A DNA stretch of 64,000 nt from Sumerlaeia bacterium (lineage in GTDB: Bacteria > Sumerlaeota > Sumerlaeia > SLMS01 > JAHLLQ01). The stretch is taken from positions 1-64,000 of the forward strand of contig JAVJSW010000056.1 in the NCBI GenBank assembly GCA_040219255.1. The letters run 5' to 3'. Shown here piece after piece: positions 1-8,050 of the stretch. A model generated the notes under the pieces. That model was not told where the DNA came from. It did not search any database and saw nothing but the letters and a program-made list of their open reading frames with translations. Both the position numbers and the translations under genes were made by a program. How positions within the stretch are numbered: position 1 is the stretch's first letter; each line of letters starts with the position of its first letter.

Positions 1-92
1 AGCGTCGCCAGCGCGCCCAGCGCCAGCGCCGCCGTCGCCGCCAGCAAAATCCTCCGCACGTCTCGCGTCGTCGTCGTCCGTTTCGCGCTCAT
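1..92 (-). CDS. 5' end of a secreted protein running off the window (MSAKRTTTTRDVRRILLAATAALALGALAT...)
   Basis: ATG at 92, 6 nt after the stop of the CBM48-TPR gene; basic N-terminus plus Ala/Leu hydrophobic stretch resembles a signal peptide. Confidence 0.6.
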   Translation of the reverse strand, partial: MSAKRTTTTRDVRRILLAATAALALGALAT

Positions 93-98
93 GGCTGC

Positions 99-1484
99 TT
101 ATTCCCCGCCCAACTGATCTTGGCAACGGGCAATCCAGCCGTGCGCGTACTGCGAGTTCTGATTCCGGGGCCAGGGCGTGATGGCCAGCGTGGTCTCGAA
201 GGCCGCGATGGCCCCGGCGAAATCGCCCAGGTGATACAGCGCTGTGCCCCGCGCGTTGTGCAGTTCGGTCAGGAAATGGAGCCACGCCTCGTCCGAGCCA
301 TCGCCCGCCGGAGCGGCGCCCGCGGCTTCGTCGAACAGCACGAGCGCCTCCTGCCACCGCTTCTCGACGCCGTAGGAATAGCCGATGTCGTAGAGGATCG
401 AGGCCACTTGGCGGTCGTCGCCGGCGGCCTGGAGGAGCTGATCGTAGAGCTGGCGCGCGGCGGCGCCGTCGTCTTCCGTAAAGAGGCGGTACTTCGCCAG
501 ATCGTGGACGATTTGCGAGACGTCGACCGAGCCCTCGCCCGCGTCGAAGCCGGTGCGGGCGGTGGTCTTCTCGGCGGGCAAAGCCAGGATCGCCTCCCAG
601 CATTTGGCCGCGCGGTTCGATTTGCCAAAGCGCATGTGGATCTGCGCCTCCAGGGTCAAGGCCTCGCGCTTCTGGGCCGTGGTGCCCTTTTTCGCGGACT
701 TGCGAAGGAGGCGCACGGCGCGGCCGTACTTGCCGTCCTCGGCCAATTCCTCGACGCGCTCGCGGATTTCCTCGGCCGTCAGGCCCGCCTTGGTGAATTC
801 GGCGAAGGCCGCGTCGGTTGCGTCCTCGTCGCCGGTCCAGTCGTCCGGGTCTCCCGCGGTGATCAAATCCGCCTCGCGGATCGAATTGAAACCCCCGAAT
901 CCATCGGGATAGCTGTCCGCCGAGGGGTCGTGTTTCCAGATGTCATCGACAAAGAATTTGTACGTCACGGGCCGCTCGATCGCGATGCGGGCGCGCCAGA
1001 CGCCGTCGGCTTCGGGCAGCATGGGGTATCCGCCGACTGTCCAGCCGTTGAAGTCGCCGATCACGCCGGCGAAGGTGTCCACGGCGCCGGACCATTCGAA
1101 GACCTCGACCCCCGCGGAGGGGATCGTCGTCGCGTCGTCGGCGGCGGCGAGCAGGCTGTCGTATCCGCCGAGGGGCGACGGAACGTAGGCGTTGTTGGCG
1201 GGATCGGGCATCCAGTAGGGTTCGCCCTCGGCGGGCACGACGACGAACCTGTAGGCGTACTGGCCGTCGGCGAGGGGCTGATGGACGAACCAATCGCCGT
1301 TCGCGCCGGAATGCAGGGGCAGGCTGTTCGAGGTCCAATCGTTGAAGCCGCCGACCAAGAAAACCGCTGAAGCGCCCGGCGCGGCGGACTCGGCGAGGCG
1401 GAACTCGACCGCCACGGCGGGCACGGCGAGCGCGGTTGCCAGCGCTAGACTCAAACTCTGTCGGAGAGTGGGGGTGGAACGCAT
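99..1484 (-). CDS. Secreted protein with two CBM48/AMPK-type glycogen-binding domains and C-terminal TPR repeats
   Basis: Signal peptide from MRSTPTL; VFLVGGFNDW..YAYRFVV..WMPDPAN and VIGDFNGW..YKFFVDDIWKHDP..DGFGGFNS; TPR helices such as NARGTALYHLGDFAGAIAAFETTLAITP. Confidence 0.75.
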   Translation of the reverse strand: MRSTPTLRQSLSLALATALAVPAVAVEFRLAESAAPGASAVFLVGGFNDWTSNSLPLHSGANGDWFVHQPLADGQYAYRFVVVPAEGEPYWMPDPANNAYVPSPLGGYDSLLAAADDATTIPSAGVEVFEWSGAVDTFAGVIGDFNGWTVGGYPMLPEADGVWRARIAIERPVTYKFFVDDIWKHDPSADSYPDGFGGFNSIREADLITAGDPDDWTGDEDATDAAFAEFTKAGLTAEEIRERVEELAEDGKYGRAVRLLRKSAKKGTTAQKREALTLEAQIHMRFGKSNRAAKCWEAILALPAEKTTARTGFDAGEGSVDVSQIVHDLAKYRLFTEDDGAAARQLYDQLLQAAGDDRQVASILYDIGYSYGVEKRWQEALVLFDEAAGAAPAGDGSDEAWLHFLTELHNARGTALYHLGDFAGAIAAFETTLAITPWPRNQNSQYAHGWIARCQDQLGGE

Positions 1485-1663
1485 GGCGGTTCGCTTCCTG
1501 GTCACGGCGGCTGCCCTTGGGTTGAAATGAGTGAGGCGAATACAAAACGAAGATGTGGCGAACTTCAAGCGAAATCTGAAGGCGGGGGAAATTTTCCTCA
1601 ACCTCCCGTCGGGCAGTCCCGTTCAGACGATTGTCTAAAATCCAGACAATGGAGCTGCGCGCA

Positions 1664-3952
1664 TCACGCCCCCTCCGGCGGCCAGGCCGTGCTCTCGCCC
1701 AGCCCCGCCCGCGCCTCACGCCAGAAACGATCGAACGGCGGGTAAAGGCGCGGGGTGTCAAAGTGCTCGCGCATCAGATCGCGGACGCGGGCGTGGTTGC
1801 CGGCGGTGGATTCGGCGCGCAACAGGTGCAGGAACGGCAGGTGCGTCTGGCGGGTGGCGAACAGCGCCCGCGCTTCCTCGAGCCCGCGGGCGCGGTCGGC
1901 GGCGCCGCCGGTTTGCAGGACCTCGACCCGCGAGAGAGCCCGGAGCCAATCGGGGGCCGCGACGGCGTCGATCCGCGGCAGCGCCTCCTCGATGGCGAGT
2001 TCGCCCCGCTTGACCTGTAAGATCAGCAACCGCAGTGTTGCACGCTGCATGTAATCGAGGGCCGATTCGGCGATGGCGCCTTCGTAGAGCGCCTCGGGCG
2101 CTTCCAGGTCCCCGGCCATCTCTATCAAATGCGCCAGCATATAGCCCGTTTCGGCCTTCTGCTGGGGGTTTGGGAACTTCGCATTGAAATACACATGGCG
2201 GGCGGTGTCCAGCAGGGCCGGTTCGATGCCGATTTCGCGGAATTCGTGGTACCACAGGCCCCAGTACAGTTGGCTGCTCTGCTCTGGGCCGGGTTCTTCG
2301 ATGCGCGTGGTGATCAGCAGCCAGCGCCCGAATTGCCACACGTCCCAGACATGGTCGGGTTCGTAGTCCTTCAGGATATCGCCAATGCGCGGCCGCATGC
2401 TGTCCAGCATGATCTGCATCAGGGGCCCGATGGCGGCGCGCGTGGTGTAGGGATCGGTGACGGTCTCGGCGTTGTCGCGGAAGATCTGCAGGCCCTGCTC
2501 GCGGCGGCCAGTATAGCCAGGGGCGCAGGCCCACAACATCCCAACGATGGGGTACTGATAATCGGGATCGAGGTCGCGGGACCGCTGATGGTGCAGCAAC
2601 GCCAGGTCAGTCCGGCCAACCGCATTGGCCGCCCAACCCAGCTCATCGTGAAGCCGGACGTGGTTGGGCAGCATGGCGCAGGCCGACGTCAGCAGGTCGA
2701 AGGCCCGGGTGCGGCACTGGCTCACAAGCTCGTGATCCTCGGGCGGGATTTCGGCCCAGACACGGCCGTCCTGAATCTTCGACGCCAACTCGCCGATGGC
2801 CTTGCCGGAGGCGCGAATCCGCAGGCCGTCGCTGCCGCTCATGGCGATGCGCCGGGCGTTCCATTCCAGGATCTTGTCGCGCTGATCCGTCCCGCCATAG
2901 GTGGCCGCCAAGCCGTCCACGGGCACTTTCCATCCCGGATAGAGCATGTTCAGCCGCCCCCAGATCATCGGCGTGAAGGCGTCCGTCCGAAAGCTGCTCG
3001 CCAATTGCGCCAGAACCGCCGCGTTGGGCGGATCGGCCGCCAGACTCTCGCGCAGAAGCGGCTCCACCGCGTCCGGCACCCAGGAGGCCTCCATCGCTTC
3101 ATTCACCAGGAGGTAGGGCTCGAAGTAAGGATTTCGCGGCGACCAGCGACGCCATTCGCGCAGGTACGACTTCGCGTCACCTTCCTCGCGGACGAGGTCC
3201 GCGTACCCCAACAGCGCCTCGATATGGTCGCGATCCAGCCGTTCGACAGGGAAAGCCGTCGCGGTCCACACCTCGTCAAAGGCGCTCGTCATGACCGGCG
3301 CCAGAGCCACTCCGTATTCCGCCGCGACGATCTCCCAGGGACCGGACAGGGCGGTTTGCGCCAACGCATCTCCGCCCCGGCCGAGCAGCGTCAGCTCCAG
3401 CTCCAGGCTTCCCGTCGTGGGCGACGACGCGGCCATCTTCAGGGAAGCCGGCGCCCCCGCGGCCCACGCCATTTCCGCCAGCTCCGCATCCGTTTGCTCC
3501 GTCAGGGGGCGGTACTCCTTCGACGCCTTGGCGGGCAGGAAAACCCATTCCACATCGTCGAGATACACCTCCAGCACCGGCTCGGGGTTGTACATCAACT
3601 GACTGCCGGTGTAGGCGCGCAGGAAAACCAGCCGTTGCCGGTCCTCGGGCGCCAGCGAGTTGTCGAAGGCCGGCCAGATCACCAGCCGGGGCACCGTGCG
3701 CAGATGGCCTTTGCCCCCCAGATCGATCCCCTCGGCGATGGCCACCCAATCGCGCTCGGGCGGGGGAGCGGAGGCGGCGGGGGCTCTCTGGACTTGTTCT
3801 TCTCCGGCCCCTTCTTCAGCACAACCACTCAGCGCGAACGTCAGCGCGAGCAGCCCCACCGTCGCGAACTGGACCCAAAGACTAATTATCGTCCTCATCG
3901 TTAGGCTTTCATCCTTTTGGAGAAGTTGTCTGATGTCCGTCTTAGGGTCCAT
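1664..3952 (-). CDS. TPR-rich lipoprotein with a DUF4034-like segment (paralog 1); true start may be 3898
   Basis: Lipobox LSGC after a hydrophobic stretch; TPR-like helices; collinear similarity to 3942..6224. Confidence 0.65.
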   Translation of the reverse strand: MDPKTDIRQLLQKDESLTMRTIISLWVQFATVGLLALTFALSGCAEEGAGEEQVQRAPAASAPPPERDWVAIAEGIDLGGKGHLRTVPRLVIWPAFDNSLAPEDRQRLVFLRAYTGSQLMYNPEPVLEVYLDDVEWVFLPAKASKEYRPLTEQTDAELAEMAWAAGAPASLKMAASSPTTGSLELELTLLGRGGDALAQTALSGPWEIVAAEYGVALAPVMTSAFDEVWTATAFPVERLDRDHIEALLGYADLVREEGDAKSYLREWRRWSPRNPYFEPYLLVNEAMEASWVPDAVEPLLRESLAADPPNAAVLAQLASSFRTDAFTPMIWGRLNMLYPGWKVPVDGLAATYGGTDQRDKILEWNARRIAMSGSDGLRIRASGKAIGELASKIQDGRVWAEIPPEDHELVSQCRTRAFDLLTSACAMLPNHVRLHDELGWAANAVGRTDLALLHHQRSRDLDPDYQYPIVGMLWACAPGYTGRREQGLQIFRDNAETVTDPYTTRAAIGPLMQIMLDSMRPRIGDILKDYEPDHVWDVWQFGRWLLITTRIEEPGPEQSSQLYWGLWYHEFREIGIEPALLDTARHVYFNAKFPNPQQKAETGYMLAHLIEMAGDLEAPEALYEGAIAESALDYMQRATLRLLILQVKRGELAIEEALPRIDAVAAPDWLRALSRVEVLQTGGAADRARGLEEARALFATRQTHLPFLHLLRAESTAGNHARVRDLMREHFDTPRLYPPFDRFWREARAGLGESTAWPPEGA

Positions 3953-6224
3953 GGTTCCCGGCCTTCACTGGCGGCCATTCTGGACTCTGACCCAATTGTC
4001 GAGCGACCTCCTCCCAATACCGGTCCGCGGGGGGGACCAGGCGCACCTGGAGGCGATACTCGGTGCGGATCGTGCTGCGCGCTTCCTCCCACTGGCCATT
4101 AGCGATCAGGGCCTTGATAAGGGCCTGAACGACGGCTGGCCGCTCGACATGCTTGTGGTATTCCCGGGCCCTCTTCAGAGCCTCCTGGCGGTCTTCCGAA
4201 GTCCCCAGGAGCAGGCACTCGATCTTGAATTCCTCCGTCACCCAATAGGGCGCCCGCATCGAGTCCAGACCCGCTAGGGCTCCACCCACATCGCCGCGTT
4301 TCGCCTGGACGAGGAAAAGGCCGCCCCCGGCGCGCTGCAGTGCATCGTCTCCCTCGCCGCGGTCCATGGCCATTCGAAAAATCCTTTCCGCTTCGTCCAG
4401 CATTCCGTGGCGCACCATTTGAGCCGCGATGGTTTGCCAAGTCGCGGTCCGGTTTGGAACGTCCGCTCCGAAATCCACCTTCTCCATGGCGGTGCGCATG
4501 ACATGCACTTCCGTCTCGCGAGCCTCGATGGCAAAAACTTCATAAAGCCACGCCGCCCAATTCAGGCTAAAAGCGTCCTGTTCCGTGGGACTCCGGTGCT
4601 CCAGGTCGGAAATCCCGATCAGATTCAGACGGGCCAGAAGCAGAATATCCCAATGATGCGCCGCTCCATGGGCCAGCAATTTACTGTGCGGAGAACCGGG
4701 ATCGTTGGTCAGGATTTGCAGGATCGCTTTGACGCTGTCGCGGGCCGCTTTCGGCTCCTTAAGGGGGGCTTCCTCGCGAAAAAGCTTCAACCCCTCCACC
4801 CGCCGGTTCGAATAGCTTGGCGTGTAAAGCCAGAACAGAAACGGGAGCGTGTCCTGAGAGCCCAGCATCAACTCGCGCGCCTTCAACAAATGCCGCTCGG
4901 CCAAATGAACGCTGCCCCCTCGCAACTCAGCCGCTCCCAGACGCGTTTGCTCGAAAGCGCCGAAAGGGTTCAACTCCGCCGCCCTTCGGAACGACTCAAT
5001 GGCCATCCGCCGATCTCGGGAATAATCGGTCATCTGTTCGGGCGGAACCGAGCCGGCGGCACTATCGCCTTGGATTTCATTCGCGCGCGTCTCGTGGAGA
5101 AGTCCCTGCGCCGCGAAAACCATCCAGTTCCCCGCGTGGATGCGAAGAGCCGGCTCCACCCATTGCAGTCCCTCATCCACCTCGCCTCGGTCCCGGTGAT
5201 AATTGATCAGTTTCTCCATCGGCGTTTGCCAGCCCGGGTACATCGCCGCCAGCCTCTCGTAGAGCGCCCTCGGGGCTTCCTGATCCTCATGTTCCGCCCA
5301 GGCCCAATTCGCCAGCGCCAGCGCCGTCGCCGCGTCGAAGGGCTCTTCTTCGCCCAATTCCTCCACAATACGGACGAGAGTTTGCTCCGGATTTTCCCCG
5401 AAATATAGCTCGTTCGCCACTGCCCAGCTCCTCAGGAAGGGAACGGTCGGATTGGCGTCCGCCCATTCGCGGAACGCCAGCGCCGAGGCAGCGAGATCCC
5501 GGGGCTCCCGCGTCGTTTGCCTTTGCAACTCCAGGAACATCTTCGAGTCGCCAAGTACACTCGCCCCGAAATAGGCCGCCATCTCGGGCGTCACATTCCC
5601 CTCGGTTGCCAGTTCGACGATTTCCAGAAGAACGGGCCCCATTCTCTGGTCGATCCGCTCCCATGTCCCCTCCACCTCCCGCGACAGAACGACTGACCGA
5701 GTCTCGGCGCCGATCGCTTCGAAGCGTAGACGTGGCGTCCCTTCAGCCGTTCTCTCGATCCGCATGAGCAGGCTGGTCCGCGCGCCAAAGGCCAAGGCGC
5801 GATCCGCCAGCTCTCCCGCCGTGTAGCTTTCGATGGGCCGATGGTGAATCGAATCCTCCCCTGGCAGGAGTGTGCCTTCGAAGCCGCGATCAAAAATCCG
5901 CAAGACGGGTTGGGGATCGGAGGCCATGGCGCTCATCAAAACGAGCCGCAGATAATTCCCCTCCGCCTTCATCTGCTCGTCTGAGGGATCAGCGATCAAA
6001 GGCCAGATCACGAAATGCGGGATCAGGCCCCGGTCCGCCGCCGGTTTGCTGGGCCAAGCGCTGAGAGCGGCTTGCCAAGGCGCTGGCTCGCCGCCCGGGT
6101 CAGCCTTTGAATCGTTGGGCGTCTCCGCGGAGGCCTGGGACCTGGTGCCTGCTGAAGCCTCACGCTCGGCCCCGCCGCCGGAGCACCCCACCAGCGCCAA
6201 CAGCAAAGCCCCCCAAACCGGCAA
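3942..6224 (-). CDS. TPR-rich lipoprotein with a DUF4034-like segment (paralog 2)
   Basis: Lipobox LVGC; shares blocks VIWP, PVL, YPGW, HxWD and terminal PPxDRxW..WPP with its neighbour. Confidence 0.65.
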   Translation of the reverse strand: MPVWGALLLALVGCSGGGAEREASAGTRSQASAETPNDSKADPGGEPAPWQAALSAWPSKPAADRGLIPHFVIWPLIADPSDEQMKAEGNYLRLVLMSAMASDPQPVLRIFDRGFEGTLLPGEDSIHHRPIESYTAGELADRALAFGARTSLLMRIERTAEGTPRLRFEAIGAETRSVVLSREVEGTWERIDQRMGPVLLEIVELATEGNVTPEMAAYFGASVLGDSKMFLELQRQTTREPRDLAASALAFREWADANPTVPFLRSWAVANELYFGENPEQTLVRIVEELGEEEPFDAATALALANWAWAEHEDQEAPRALYERLAAMYPGWQTPMEKLINYHRDRGEVDEGLQWVEPALRIHAGNWMVFAAQGLLHETRANEIQGDSAAGSVPPEQMTDYSRDRRMAIESFRRAAELNPFGAFEQTRLGAAELRGGSVHLAERHLLKARELMLGSQDTLPFLFWLYTPSYSNRRVEGLKLFREEAPLKEPKAARDSVKAILQILTNDPGSPHSKLLAHGAAHHWDILLLARLNLIGISDLEHRSPTEQDAFSLNWAAWLYEVFAIEARETEVHVMRTAMEKVDFGADVPNRTATWQTIAAQMVRHGMLDEAERIFRMAMDRGEGDDALQRAGGGLFLVQAKRGDVGGALAGLDSMRAPYWVTEEFKIECLLLGTSEDRQEALKRAREYHKHVERPAVVQALIKALIANGQWEEARSTIRTEYRLQVRLVPPADRYWEEVARQLGQSPEWPPVKAGNHGP

Positions 6225-6399
6225 CTTGGCTCAAAAGGAAACATCTCACCATCGGTTGGACTCAACTTTAGAAGCTGTCTTGTAGCTTTTCAAATGCCTC
6301 GGAGTGCGGGCCGGGGCAATGACAAAGCGGGTTGCCTGAACGGGAGCGATGGCTGGGCGGGCCGCTTTTTCCATAAACTTTCCGCTTTTCGAAATCCTT

Positions 6400-6415
6400 T
6401 GGCCCCGCTCTCGCA
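6400..6415 (+). promoter_or_regulatory. Possible sigma54 -24/-12 element (TGGCCC-N5-TCGCA)
   Basis: Correct GG/GC spacing about 90 nt upstream of the E2 ATG; non-consensus TCGC. Confidence 0.2.
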
Positions 6416-6507
6416 TTGACCTCGGCCCCCCTTATGTCCGGTCCTGGGGGTTCAGGGGGAGCGGCCGGCTGGGATCGGCCGCCGCCAGAGCAGGAGGCTC
6501 CTTCACT

Positions 6508-7938
6508 ATGCCCGCACAACGCACGATCGACATCCTGGTGCCCAAAATGGGCGAGTCCGACGCCGAAGCCACCATCGACCAATGGTTCGTCAAAACCGGC
6601 GACGAGGTCCTGGCGGACGCCATCCTCTGCGAGATTTCGACTCAGAAGGTGCAGGTGGAAATCACCGCTCCGGAAGCCGGTGTCGTCGCCGAACTTCTTC
6701 ATGCCGAGGGCGACGTCGTCCCCGTGGAGGAAGTGCTGGCGCGGCTGGCGCCTCCCGGCACCAAAATCGAAGCGGGCGAGTCCTCCGGCGCCTCGGCCGC
6801 GGACGAAGACGCGCCCCCCGCCAAACCCGCCGCCAACGGTAAGCACCGGCCCCCGGAGCAACCCGTCGCCCCCGCCGGCCCCGGCGCCGTCGAGCGTGAA
6901 CGGCAACGGCTGATGCGTCAGAAATCGACCCCTCTGGTGCGCAACATCGCCCAGGAACTCGGCATCGACATCGCCCAGGTTCCCGGCACCGGCACCCACG
7001 GCCGCGTGACCAAGAAAGACGTGGTCGATTTCCTCGAGCAGCAGCGCCGCATCGGATCGGCACAATCCCAGCATTCCCCGGTGCATAAGGAGCCTGTTGG
7101 CGATTCCGAGGGGATCAACCCGGGCGGATCGAATCAGCTGCCCGCCCTGCCGCCCCGGCCTCACAAATCCCTGCCGCCGGGCTCGGAAAAGCCCGAAGTC
7201 TCCGGCCGCCGCATTGTCTTTGGCGACGCCGACGAATACTCCGAACCCATGAATTTCATGCGCCGCGCCATCGCCGAACACATGAGCGAAAGCCAGCGCC
7301 GCGCACCCCACGCCTACACCGTCCACGAAATCGACATGACACCGGTGATGACCCTGCGCCGGCAAGTCCGCGAGGAATTCGAAGCGCGCTACGGTGTCAA
7401 GCTTACGCCCTTGGCCTTCATCCTCAAGGCCCTCACCGAAGCCCTCGGCCAGTTCCCCATCCTCAACGCCCGCGTCGATGGCGACAACATCGTCTATCAC
7501 CGCCACATCAACATCGGCGTGGCCGTCGCCATCGAAGACGGCCTCATCGTGCCCGTCGTGCGTCAGATGGAGGAAAAGTCCCTCATCGGCATCGCCCGCT
7601 CGCTCAGCGATCTCGCCCGCCGCGCCCGCGGCAAACGCCTCACGCCCCACGATGTCGAGGGCGGCACCTTTACCGTGACCAGCCCCGGCCAGAAGGGCGC
7701 CATCATGGGCACCCCGATCCTCAACCAGCCCCAGGTCGGCATCGTCCACGTCGGCGCCATCCGCAAAGTCCCCGCCGTCCTGACCGCTCCCGACGGCACC
7801 GACAGCCTGGCGATTCGTTCGCGCGTCATCTTCACCCTCGGTCTCGACCATCGCGCCATCGACGGCTGGGTCGCCGACAGCTTCCTCGAAGAAGTCCGCG
7901 TCCGTCTCGAACGATGCGAGTTCCAGGTGCTCGAGTGA
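6508..7938 (+). CDS. Dihydrolipoamide acyltransferase (E2 of a 2-oxoacid dehydrogenase complex)
   Basis: Lipoyl domain PKMGES..EISTQKV; E3-binding domain TPLVRNIA..GTGTHGRVTKKDV; catalytic DHRAIDG. Confidence 0.92.
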   Translation: MPAQRTIDILVPKMGESDAEATIDQWFVKTGDEVLADAILCEISTQKVQVEITAPEAGVVAELLHAEGDVVPVEEVLARLAPPGTKIEAGESSGASAADEDAPPAKPAANGKHRPPEQPVAPAGPGAVERERQRLMRQKSTPLVRNIAQELGIDIAQVPGTGTHGRVTKKDVVDFLEQQRRIGSAQSQHSPVHKEPVGDSEGINPGGSNQLPALPPRPHKSLPPGSEKPEVSGRRIVFGDADEYSEPMNFMRRAIAEHMSESQRRAPHAYTVHEIDMTPVMTLRRQVREEFEARYGVKLTPLAFILKALTEALGQFPILNARVDGDNIVYHRHINIGVAVAIEDGLIVPVVRQMEEKSLIGIARSLSDLARRARGKRLTPHDVEGGTFTVTSPGQKGAIMGTPILNQPQVGIVHVGAIRKVPAVLTAPDGTDSLAIRSRVIFTLGLDHRAIDGWVADSFLEEVRVRLERCEFQVLE

Positions 7939-8050
7939 AAGGCGAACGGCCATCTTGAGCGAATCGCGGAAAGATAAGAGTCCTTTCTCACAAAGGAAGC
8001 GGCGCCCGGCTCTTCGTTGACGAAATGGGGGGGCGGACTCGTCGCGCCGA

